A stretch of 50,687 bases of DNA from a virus (Duplodnaviria > Caudoviricetes), in the IMG/VR virus record IMGVR_UViG_3300017700_000359, positions 1-50,687 of that record, one strand, 5' to 3'. Each line of letters begins with the position of its first letter. Position 1 is the first letter of the stretch. The notes beneath the pieces were generated by a model. That model was not told where the DNA came from. It searched no databases and saw nothing but the letters and a program-made list of their open reading frames with translations. Positions 7,655 through 16,550 of this stretch are shown here, in pieces. Both the position numbers and the translations under genes were made by a program.

Positions 7655-9490
7655 TATGAATACAGCTGAAGCATTCACGTGCTAATCTTACGCCAAACCG
7701 ACGAACTGCGTGAACTATCCGGCGAGGCAAGGGCCAGTCTACCAAACAGAGCCAGCTGTTATGACTTAGTTGATATAGTAAAACCTCCCCGGACAGAGGG
7801 ATACGCCACCCTCCCTCTCCCGCCTTCAGGAAGCGGATGTCAACACCAGGGCAAGTCCATATTGTCCGCTCCGATCTGAAAAGAACTGTCGTCAGGTGAC
7901 ACCGTTGTCTTCGTCAAGCTCTCACCAGAGAGTCCTACCAAGAGTGGGTTACACCGGGTGGGCAAACGACAGATGTAGGAAAAGGAGCACCGGTCCCATT
8001 AGCCGGTATAGAAGAGACACGTAAGCAAGGGTGTGGCGCTATGGTGCATAGCGTACAGGTGGTCACCATGCCATCCGTCTGCAGAGGTGGACAGCATCTG
8101 ACCTAGGCATAGGCTTGCTGAAATGTATTCGTATCTTGTCTTAAATGGCTATGGAGCTGAAGCGGTAACGTAGTGTGCGGAAGTAGACAACTCCACCGGA
8201 TAGGATACTGCCACCTCCGTTGTAATCCGGCGAGGGACAAGGAGCAGCTAGTTGAGGTTCGATGCCTCTAGAGCTTGGGTAGCATACGCTGCTGGGTACA
8301 CCTCGTAGTAGATTGATGGAGCACCGAGAGACCGGGCGGTCTGGTGGCGCTGGCGAATAAGCCAACCACGACAGCGTTGTCTCTGGAAAAGTCAAGGAAA
8401 CGCAGCAGGAGTGCAATCCTGTAATGTCAGTTCGAACCTGACCTATGTTTCAGGCCGTAATGCAGTAGGCTTCAGATAAAAGTACGAACGACCGACCCTG
8501 TCTGTATCATGAACGGGAACTCAGAGTCCCTGGGCGGTATACAAAACGGACAAGCTGTTAGCCGGTGCAGTCTCACCGACCGATCTAAGCGAACCTCCCC
8601 TAAGCCACGGACACCCTCCCCTCCACAGGCCACGGGATGCACTGATAGTACTGCAGCAAGCTGTTCGGGATGGTAACAAAGGATCCTTCTCACCGGAGAA
8701 GACCGGGACGATCATCACGAGGTAACCTTCTGAGGGCAGCCCATAACCTGTACTACTGGAGATTGGAAGTACTGCAATCCTTTACTCTACCGTCGTCTGT
8801 AAGTGGAACCTTGCAGCGCCGACCTAGAACAGAACCAGAGAAAGGTTCTTCCCAAATACCCGGTGGTAAAAGCGATGCCAATTGTCTCCCGCCCTGTAGG
8901 AGACAGAGCAGTAGGTAGGATAAGCCTCAAGCACTGGATTGTAGCTAGGTAGTCGTTTACTAGCCTAGCCAAAGACGGTTCCACAGGAACCGGGATTAGA
9001 CGTAACTCTCTGAGGCCAGATGTCTCGGAGGCGCAATCATCTCCTATAGCCGGCATGGGCAGGGTTATGAGACCTGCTAAGGTGTCGTTAGGGTCTAGGA
9101 CTTGAGACGCTGAGGAATAGTCTAGTCAAGCAACAGATGTTCTTGACAAAGCATACCGCTGAACGGGAATTGGCGTGACAACGCTAACACTAGGCATATG
9201 CTGCTTGGAAGTGTAAGACGTCGAGCGTAATGGGTAGATACACACCTGTGGCTCCATGCATCAAGCCAGTCAAGTCCGTCCAACAGATCCCCTGAGTCAG
9301 GGATGATATCAACACGCTGTGCTGTTCTTAGTGGCCCTCGCCAGATAAGCGAAAAGAGCCGCGAACTCAGACTAAGCGCACAGGAGATACGGACATGAGA
9401 ATTTCTTCTCGTGACCAAAAACCGAGGCCCCCTTAATGAATAAGAAGATGAACGGGAGAGGCCGCGTTCGAGCCTCTCCCAAGTTCACAG
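7655..9490 (+). ncRNA. Candidate giant structured non-coding RNA (one or several)
   Basis: No credible ORF over ~1.83 kb; many hairpins and nested long-range helices, T-loops at 8254 and 8426, GNRA-capped stem at 9170; G-U pairs favour the + strand. Confidence 0.7.
9449..9487 (+). promoter_or_regulatory. Long hairpin (processing site or terminator-like) just before the RBS of ORF 9500
   Basis: TGAAC-GGGAGAGGC/GCCTCTCCC-AA-GTTCA. Confidence 0.5.
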
Positions 9491-9499
9491 GAGGACGTC

Positions 9500-9820
9500 A
9501 TGTCTAAGAGCAACTACGGAGAAATCGTCGGACTGCTGGAGTACATGGACAAGGTCCGAAATGAGAAGCCAAAGAAGGGAATGTTCCGTCGCGAGAAGCG
9601 GCGTAGCTCTCCTGATGAGTTCTTCGACGAACTGCGTAAGTTCGAGGATACGAAGGAGAAGTACGAGAAGTGGATGAAGCAGCAGGCCAAGGAAGAGAAG
9701 AAGGAAGAAAAGAAGGGTTGGGACAAGTTGTCTCCCCTGCAGCAGGCAGCGTATCTGACCTTCGGGATGCAGATCATGTCGCTGATGTACTTCTCGTTCC
9801 TCATCAAGTTGCTGAAGTAA
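9500..9820 (+). CDS. Hypothetical charged protein with C-terminal hydrophobic segment
   Basis: AGGAGG RBS; strong codon bias. Confidence 0.8.
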   Translation: MSKSNYGEIVGLLEYMDKVRNEKPKKGMFRREKRRSSPDEFFDELRKFEDTKEKYEKWMKQQAKEEKKEEKKGWDKLSPLQQAAYLTFGMQIMSLMYFSFLIKLLK

Positions 9821-9830
9821 TGAAAGACAA

Positions 9831-10715
9831 ATGAAAGACATACACCAATTAATCCCGGACATCTACCGGATGCTAGAGAAGGACCAATGGTTCACCAATG
9901 ACTTGTCTAAAGAATTTAGCGGAGAAGTTGGATCCCGTCTCGTGGAAAGCTTTAAGCCCCGAGATGAAGTTTCTCGTCTCCGTCTATCTCAGATGGGAGT
10001 CCGCTGCCCGTGCCAATTGTGGCACTCAGTACATACCCCAATGGCTGCGGAGCGACTCCCACCCTGGGTCAGGATCAAGTTTGGATACGGACACATTATC
10101 GAAGCGCTTGTAATAGCGATGGCCAAGGCTGCCGGCCATACAGTAACGGGAGAGCAAGATGAAATTATTCTTGATGGAATTAAAGGTCATCGAGATTGCG
10201 TCATTGACGGCGCTATCGTGGATGTCAAGTCTTGCAGCAGTCGCCAGTTCGAGAAATACAAAACAAAGTCTGTCGATCAGAATGACAGCTTTGGTTATCT
10301 TGACCAACTTGATGGCTATGTTGTTGGCTCCGCTCTGGATCCTCGTGTGGAGGTGAAAGACCGGGGCTACATCCTAGCTGTCGACAAAACCTTAGGACAT
10401 CTGTGTTTATATGAGCATATTGCGCGCGAAGAAAGTATTAGACAACGCATCAGACATTTTAGAGACATCGTCGCTCTTGATCGACCTCCGAAATGCACTT
10501 GCGAAACAACACCCGACGGAGAGTCCGGAAATGTTAGACTGGGCGTTACAGCAAGCTATAATGCGTTTAAGTATCAATGTTTCCCACAGCTTCGAACCTT
10601 CCTCTACGCCGATGGGCCACGGTACTTAACCAAGGTAGTGAAGCGTCCTATGCGTACAGACCGTAGGACGCCAATACCAGAGATTGACAGATACGGGAAC
10701 TTTGTGTATACTTAA
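9831..10715 (+). CDS. PD-(D/E)XK exonuclease (Cas4/RecB-like phage exonuclease)
   Basis: RLSQMG..C.CQLW, GHIIE, GHRD....VDVKS, QLDGY motifs. Confidence 0.85.
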   Translation: MKDIHQLIPDIYRMLEKDQWFTNDLSKEFSGEVGSRLVESFKPRDEVSRLRLSQMGVRCPCQLWHSVHTPMAAERLPPWVRIKFGYGHIIEALVIAMAKAAGHTVTGEQDEIILDGIKGHRDCVIDGAIVDVKSCSSRQFEKYKTKSVDQNDSFGYLDQLDGYVVGSALDPRVEVKDRGYILAVDKTLGHLCLYEHIAREESIRQRIRHFRDIVALDRPPKCTCETTPDGESGNVRLGVTASYNAFKYQCFPQLRTFLYADGPRYLTKVVKRPMRTDRRTPIPEIDRYGNFVYT

Positions 10716-10717
10716 GT

Positions 10718-11047
10718 GTGACCAGGAACTCCCATTTACTTCGTAAATATGGCATTACGGAGAACGACTATGCAGACCTACTACGGAAGCAAGAAGGTCG
10801 TTGCGCAGTTTGTAAAAGAGATGCTGCTGTCTTTCGTAAGCGACTCTGTGTCGATCACGATCACAAGACAGGAGAAGTCAGAGGTCTACTGTGTATCCAT
10901 TGCAACAGATATGTCGTCGGAAGACATCGTCGAACATCTGGCGCGGATTTACTCCGTAGCGCTTTTGAATACCTCACCTCCGAGTATCCGGGATGGATAG
11001 TCCCTCCCAAGCGTAAGAAGAGAAAGAAACGTGTCAGAAGAAGATGA
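10718..11047 (+). CDS. Recombination endonuclease VII-like protein
   Basis: KYGIT...QEGRCAVC...VDHDHKTGEVRGLLCIHCN. Confidence 0.92.
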   Translation: MTRNSHLLRKYGITENDYADLLRKQEGRCAVCKRDAAVFRKRLCVDHDHKTGEVRGLLCIHCNRYVVGRHRRTSGADLLRSAFEYLTSEYPGWIVPPKRKKRKKRVRRR

Positions 11048-11156
11048 ATTTGGACAAGGATATACTCAGGGATATCGCAATGGGTTTTGGACCGGTAGTA
11101 TTGCTGCTTTTCTTGGGACTGTTGTCTTGCTATATCTAGTAGGGACTTTCCTATAA

Positions 11157-11309
11157 GTGAAGCTTGCTGAAGCAGAACATCTGCTTGAAACTTACGAATT
11201 AGAAGAAATACTTAACGAACAAGACTTGACATTAGCAGATGCTCTGTTGTATCTTGTGCAGACAGAGTTCATCGAGAAGCCTAAAGTAACCCCATTAGAG
11301 TTTGAATAA
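11157..11309 (+). CDS. Small acidic hypothetical protein
   Basis: GTG-started frame MKLAEAEHLLETYELEEIL... (translated by hand). Confidence 0.5.
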   Translation: MKLAEAEHLLETYELEEILNEQDLTLADALLYLVQTEFIEKPKVTPLEFE

Positions 11310-11397
11310 TGGAATACATAATCCTAGCTGCAATAGCAGTCCCAACCATATACGCATTAATACTTATATTAGACTTGGTTTTGTGGACCTGGGATAA

Positions 11398-11604
11398 ATG
11401 ATTAAACTCCATCACCCAAAAAACAGATATGAGCGTAGAAAACTAGCCTCCAAGAAATCTTTGAAAAGATTAGGAGCCAGTGATGCTCGGAGACAAATTC
11501 CTGCAGAAGAAGTATCGGCAGAAGAAACCGAAGCTATTGACAGTCTCCCTCCTCTCGTTGCTAGAGAGTTACGAGAGCATGCTAAGGACCCTGAAGGTTC
11601 TTAA
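11398..11604 (+). CDS. Hypothetical protein
   Basis: ORF track. Confidence 0.45.
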   Translation: MIKLHHPKNRYERRKLASKKSLKRLGASDARRQIPAEEVSAEETEAIDSLPPLVARELREHAKDPEGS

Positions 11605-11730
11605 CAACGGAGAACGTATCGTAGCGGTTGACATCGACGCCACCGATGGTATCGATGAGAACAACCTGAGACTCAAACTTTACACAAACAAGGAGGTACA
11701 GTCTAGGACCAGAAAAGACTAAAACAGACA

Positions 11731-12003
11731 TTGGTTAGAACAGACAGAAACTACGAACAGGAGGCCAAGTATGCCGCTCGGCCTGAACAAAAGAAGCGAC
11801 GAGCCGCTCGTAACAGAGCCCGACGTAAGGCAATCAGAGAAGGCAAGGCCCGCAAAGGTGACGGTAAGGAGCTCGACCACGTCGGGTACCATCGCACCGG
11901 AAGTCTGGATAATGTCCGGACTGTTGTTAAGTCTCGTTCAGCAAATCGTAAACGTCAACCTCCTACAAAGGCACGTGGCAAAGCCCGTGATAAATATGGA
12001 TAA
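11731..12003 (+). CDS. HNH-like basic protein
   Basis: RNRARR...KGDGKELDH...DNVR....SANR, typical of small phage HNH proteins. Confidence 0.75.
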   Translation: MVRTDRNYEQEAKYAARPEQKKRRAARNRARRKAIREGKARKGDGKELDHVGYHRTGSLDNVRTVVKSRSANRKRQPPTKARGKARDKYG

Positions 12004-12006
12004 ATA

Positions 12007-12210
12007 ATGGTAATGGATCGTAACGAAACAATCGAAATTCGTCCAGCCCAGAATGGCTACGTCGTCGAGTATTCCTACCGACTAGCCCGTGATGGCAAGG
12101 ATGGCGATTTCGACTACAAGTACATCTCCGAGAAATATATCTTCGCAAAGTGGGATGACGTCGTGAAGTACGTCACCGACAAGAAGCTCGAAGTCCCCGC
12201 AAAGCAATAA
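12007..12210 (+). CDS. Hypothetical protein
   Basis: ORF track; IEIRPAQNGYVV motif. Confidence 0.7.
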   Translation: MVMDRNETIEIRPAQNGYVVEYSYRLARDGKDGDFDYKYISEKYIFAKWDDVVKYVTDKKLEVPAKQ

Positions 12211-12496
12211 GTAAGCAAAGCTTACGTATCTAAGAAAAGAAAAATAATGAATGATCAAACTATTGAACAAGCTGAGAGCATGGTTGTCATCTCTGACGTC
12301 AAGCACTACGCCGTCGACATCGACGCAGACGGTAACGAAGTCCGTCGTGAAATCCCGGCGTTCGACATCCCGGAAACTGCCAGCCCCACTACCGCTGGCT
12401 AACGAGACCCTTGCTGCTGACGCCTCCCCGCGTACCTCCCAAGCAGTAAGGTAGACTTGGCGGAGTAAGTCCTCCGTCCTTTTGTTAATACTACCC

Positions 12497-12538
12497 AAAA
12501 TTAAACCCCCAGGTCCTTACGGGCTTGGGGGTTTTTTC
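12497..12538. terminator. Bidirectional intrinsic terminator between the convergent arms
   Basis: AAACCCCCAGGTCC-TTAC-GGGCTTGGGGGTTT stem with an A-tract before and a T-tract after. Confidence 0.9.
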
Positions 12539-12582
12539 GTGTTTATACGTCGATTTATCGACTTATGACAGGTTTTTGACGA

Positions 12583-14373
12583 TTATTTCAGCTTATCACG
12601 TTCATCTAAAAGCTTATTTAGTTGCTTCTGTAACCTGGCAGCTTCTAATTCAGTAGCAGTTTCTTGCTTCGATAAAATATCGTCTATTTTAGAATTTAAT
12701 TCATTTTGTTTTGCAAAGGTGCTCCATATAGATTCCATAGCATCATCGGCCTCTTTACTGCCAATCATATTCGGTTCACGAACATTGTATGGACGATCGG
12801 GATGTCCTTCTGGTAGATTATCGTTAGCTCCACGTCTGAAGTTTCTAGGCGGAGCATAAGACGGAGCTACGTCAGGTGTCTTAGTCGGACCGTATGGAGT
12901 AGTCCACATCGGTTCATCGACCACCGTCTGCAGATTCCTGGCAGTATCCTCAGTCAGCCACGGTGGTATTTCTCGACGTGCGTTCGGATTCAGGAGCGCT
13001 CGAGTCTCTACATTCCTAGCTTCGACTTCACCAGCCAGTCTCATATATTGGGATTCAGCTTCTTTGAAAGCCAATCCCTTACGAAGAGCATCGACTTCGA
13101 ATAGCCGTTTCAGTTCTTGGATACGTCCTTTGTCTTCTTTAGTCCAGCCTTTGAATGAATCAGATTCACGGTACTTAAGAAGTTGATTGGCTTCTATCTT
13201 AGCTATTCGCATCTCTTCTTCGAAACGAAGAGCGAACTGCTCTGCAGGAGAACCTCCTTTGGCGAAGCCTTCACGCTTTTGAATAGCATGTTGAACCTCG
13301 TGTAGGATGTCTTCTATAGTAAAATTCTTCCCAAGTTCAATCGTGTCGGCACTCGAATTGTAAGCAGCACGTCCGTATTGTCCTTCTGGAAACGGAACAA
13401 CCTCGACGTGCGCAAGATCTGGATAGGCTTTGAATAGTTCAGGATGATCGAGGACATCACTAAGAGATGCTGAGAACCTTCCATCATTAAGCTTTACCAA
13501 AGCTTCTTTCAGGTCATCGGGAAGATCTCTGAAAGGAACTTTATCCTCCGTCTTCCACTTTCTAACACTGTATATATTCTTTCCACCTTGTCCACGTCCG
13601 TATAGAGTATCTAAAGCATACCCTTGATCTTTGAACAGTTGTTCAGTATTTTTAAGAGGATCTATTGGCTTAGCTACAGCCTTTGAATCATCAATCTCTT
13701 GACGCCAGCGTTTATCGGGTCCTTTGAACACCCCAGTTCTGGTCCAGATCTCCTCGGCATCGAATCCTCTCTGCTCTAGAATCTGAGCTTGAGCTAGAAG
13801 ATTCTTATCGAAGGCCTTGGACTTGACACCCACCATAGTTCCAGTGCCAAAGGACATAGCTACATGCAGAGCTTCTGCCAGTCTTTCCTCATCTGTCTTT
13901 AGACTGCTTTTCTCCATATCTTCCTTGAACTGTTTAGGAATATTACGGAGAGTCTCAGGAAGACTTCTGATAGCTTCTTCCCTGCCTTTTACATAACTTT
14001 GTATGGCATTCCCCTCGGGAGGATTCAGTCCAAAGGGTTCTGGTCTAATAGGTTCACCATTCCCCGGTACCTGACCACCCTCTCCTGATTTTAACGCACC
14101 AGCGGGCTCCTCTGAGGCTTGGGGAGGCATTCCAGAGTCGACGGTACCCCCTGTTATTTCGACTCTTTTGAGTCCAATCGGGATTCCAGTACCAGTGCTT
14201 GGATCTTGCTCAGTCTTATCCATTTGCTGGTTGGTTCCCATCTGATTCGGAGTCACGACGTTGTCGTCGTTAGTCATGAACCTAGGATCAACATCAGGAT
14301 TGATTACAGGCTTGCGTACGGTGTACTCCCACCGGTCTTCAAAGTACTCGCCGTCAGAAGTACCGATAGGCAT
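12583..14373 (-). CDS. LPD23-domain / zincin metallopeptidase polyvalent protein (probably virion-delivered)
   Basis: IWTRTG.FKGPDKRWRQEIDDS (LPD23-like), HPELFKAYP, HEVQHAIQ (HExxH), LAGEVEARNV. Confidence 0.8.
   Translation of the reverse strand: MPIGTSDGEYFEDRWEYTVRKPVINPDVDPRFMTNDDNVVTPNQMGTNQQMDKTEQDPSTGTGIPIGLKRVEITGGTVDSGMPPQASEEPAGALKSGEGGQVPGNGEPIRPEPFGLNPPEGNAIQSYVKGREEAIRSLPETLRNIPKQFKEDMEKSSLKTDEERLAEALHVAMSFGTGTMVGVKSKAFDKNLLAQAQILEQRGFDAEEIWTRTGVFKGPDKRWRQEIDDSKAVAKPIDPLKNTEQLFKDQGYALDTLYGRGQGGKNIYSVRKWKTEDKVPFRDLPDDLKEALVKLNDGRFSASLSDVLDHPELFKAYPDLAHVEVVPFPEGQYGRAAYNSSADTIELGKNFTIEDILHEVQHAIQKREGFAKGGSPAEQFALRFEEEMRIAKIEANQLLKYRESDSFKGWTKEDKGRIQELKRLFEVDALRKGLAFKEAESQYMRLAGEVEARNVETRALLNPNARREIPPWLTEDTARNLQTVVDEPMWTTPYGPTKTPDVAPSYAPPRNFRRGANDNLPEGHPDRPYNVREPNMIGSKEADDAMESIWSTFAKQNELNSKIDDILSKQETATELEAARLQKQLNKLLDERDKLK
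14063..14118. repeat. Dispersed ~60 bp motif, copy 2 (diverged)
   Basis: CCCGGTACC...AACGCACCAGCGGGCTCCTCTGAGGC. Confidence 0.6.
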
Positions 14374-16550
14374 TACTTCTTACCCTTTGCAGCTTCGAAG
14401 GCTTCCTCGATACGGAGTTCTTTCTTCTTGCTGTTAGCGATAGCTTCGATTACCTTCTGAGGAAGATTGTTACCTTTCAGCCTGTCGTTAGGCGAGTAAC
14501 CCATCTGCATCAGACTATCCATCAGGTAGGAGTTAGTATCCATACCTTCCTTGTCATGCATGTAAGACAGATTGGACAAGCCTCTGTTGAGACGCATCAC
14601 ACCTTCTTGCATAGTCCTGAAGGCTTTATCAGCAGCAGGATTTCTAGCTAACAAAGCAGATTCCGAGGCAGACATACCAGCAGGCTTCTCACGTTCAACT
14701 GTGAACTGCTTGGTATCTGAATTCCACAGCACCTTCACCGGAGCATTGGCCAGCTGATTGAGAACTCCGATCTCTTCGGAGAAGAGTTTACGGAAGGAAA
14801 GTTCATTCCAGTCCCGATACTTTTGCCAGCTATCCTTATCCTTGGAAGCCCAGATCTGGTCGACAATACCTCGTCCAGTCAGCGTGTCATAGACAGCAAA
14901 CTTACCAGGATGTCGGACACCATCGGCGTCAGTGAAGTCTCGGGAGAACCGATCCATCAGCTTGCCATTCTTGGCAGGATCGTACATATAATCGATGACG
15001 TTCTTCTTGACGTTAGCGAACTGTTCCTCTGTAACCTTAGGAGGTGCACTCGGAAGAGTTAGTACTTTGACGTTACTGATTAGGTCATCATAGACCTTAC
15101 TCTCGGCAGGAACGTTAGCCTCCTGTACCTTCTTGATGTCATCGTAGATAGAACGAATATCAGCAGGATTACGAGGATCCTTAGGAGTACCAATCTTGAG
15201 TTTGGTATCCTGAATGAAGTCCTTCATACCACCGGTGACACCAGCCTTGAGGGCCTCAGCTTGGACGTAGTTAACCCAACCATCTCCACCGTGCCGTCTA
15301 GCAGCATCGATGAGACGTGTGTAAGCTCCCATGCTCTTATCGCTAAGCATCGAGACAGAGGTATCACTTTGGATCGATTGCATCCGGCGTTGATTGCCGA
15401 ACATCGTTCCATATTCTTTATTCTTTACGGCCTCGATCTGATCGTCGAAGAAACGCCCTTCCTCTGCGAGGATGGCATCTCTGTCAGCCTTATTAGGAAT
15501 GCTCTGCGTATAACCACGGTTACGCATGATCTCAACCGACTGACGTTGCCAAGTATCCTTAGCTAGTGTGGCTGCGTTCAACAGCGCACCATTCTGTTCA
15601 TCTGTGAGTGTGATACGACCAGCACGTTGGTCATCGATGAGAGACTGGATAGTCTTAGGAGCATTAAGCCCTGGAATCTCTACGACACCTTGCCAAGCCA
15701 TGTTAGCCTTAGACCGGATCTCCTTAGAGAATTGTACCGATTGATCTGTAGTATCATCTTCCTTACGCCAGTCACGCATCTTACGTTGACGTTCTAGTTC
15801 ATCGAACTTAGGCTTATCAGAAGCTACCCTGTTAATCCTGGATTCTAGGTTCTGGATAGCACCGGGCATTCCTTGACGGACTGCTTCGATGTAGCCAGGC
15901 ATATTAGGATCATAGCCAAGGTACTGCCGACCGAGAGCGATAGCCTTCTCAATCTCTGCTTTACCAGATGTAGCGTTACGATTGATGTCCGCTAGGAGGT
16001 TACTCATATACGCGTTAGCAGGATTGATGCCAGAGACTTCAGAGATCTTGTTGTCGATGTAGTCTCGGTAGCCTGGGTATTTATTCCTAAGCTCCTTGGT
16101 CAGAGCTGTGAGTGCTCCAGTATAAAGCGTATCGTTAGCCTTACCAGAGTTCTGCGTCATAGCAGTGCCAATAGCCTGTGCCTTAGCTACACCAGCCTTG
16201 ACACCTGCAGGTAGATTGTCTTCCCCGTCAGCTAGAGACGGAGCCTTGATGCCTGCCTCTCCTTGAGACTGTGGAGTAGGTATCAGACCTGCACCTGCTT
16301 GAGCGTCAGCTGTCTGGACTAGAGCTGAGGTGAATGCATCTCGTTGTTTATCGACACCTTCTGTGACTTCCTTGTTGATTTCACTCTTGAAGAGATCATC
16401 GCCTATCTTAGCCGCACCTTCGACCAATCCACCGATGGCAGATAGAAGCATTCCCTTGCTCTTATCAGCAGAGATGTCGGAGATAGGCCTAGAGTAGTTC
16501 AGGTAGTTGGGATCGTTAGTGGGAGCTACCTGTGGAGCAAAAGTTGTCAT
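14373..16550 (-). CDS. Putative internal virion (ejection) protein
   Basis: 725 aa helical protein; position after tail genes. Confidence 0.6.
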   Translation of the reverse strand: MTTFAPQVAPTNDPNYLNYSRPISDISADKSKGMLLSAIGGLVEGAAKIGDDLFKSEINKEVTEGVDKQRDAFTSALVQTADAQAGAGLIPTPQSQGEAGIKAPSLADGEDNLPAGVKAGVAKAQAIGTAMTQNSGKANDTLYTGALTALTKELRNKYPGYRDYIDNKISEVSGINPANAYMSNLLADINRNATSGKAEIEKAIALGRQYLGYDPNMPGYIEAVRQGMPGAIQNLESRINRVASDKPKFDELERQRKMRDWRKEDDTTDQSVQFSKEIRSKANMAWQGVVEIPGLNAPKTIQSLIDDQRAGRITLTDEQNGALLNAATLAKDTWQRQSVEIMRNRGYTQSIPNKADRDAILAEEGRFFDDQIEAVKNKEYGTMFGNQRRMQSIQSDTSVSMLSDKSMGAYTRLIDAARRHGGDGWVNYVQAEALKAGVTGGMKDFIQDTKLKIGTPKDPRNPADIRSIYDDIKKVQEANVPAESKVYDDLISNVKVLTLPSAPPKVTEEQFANVKKNVIDYMYDPAKNGKLMDRFSRDFTDADGVRHPGKFAVYDTLTGRGIVDQIWASKDKDSWQKYRDWNELSFRKLFSEEIGVLNQLANAPVKVLWNSDTKQFTVEREKPAGMSASESALLARNPAADKAFRTMQEGVMRLNRGLSNLSYMHDKEGMDTNSYLMDSLMQMGYSPNDRLKGNNLPQKVIEAIANSKKKELRIEEAFEAAKGKK

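Noticed and set aside
8379-8453. Functional tRNA-Cys gene
   Set aside because: 6-nt anticodon loop, no local 5' acceptor strand and no CCA; reported only as tRNA-like.
7679-9418. Short ORFs on both strands in the gap (7679, 8141, 8472, 8521, 8670, 8787, 9122)
   Set aside because: No convincing RBS, non-protein-like composition and inconsistent strands; RNA structure explains the region better.
7655-9490. Group I/II intron, RNase P RNA, tmRNA or rRNA fragment
   Set aside because: Only isolated look-alike words (GATATAGT 7772, AGTACGAACGACC 8481, GAGGAATAGTC 9112) without the ordered consensus, and no interrupted gene or RT. A covariance-model search is needed to exclude these fully.
9831-10715. 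CRISPR-associated Cas4
   Set aside because: No cas genes or array; stand-alone PD-(D/E)XK exonucleases are routine in phage replication modules.
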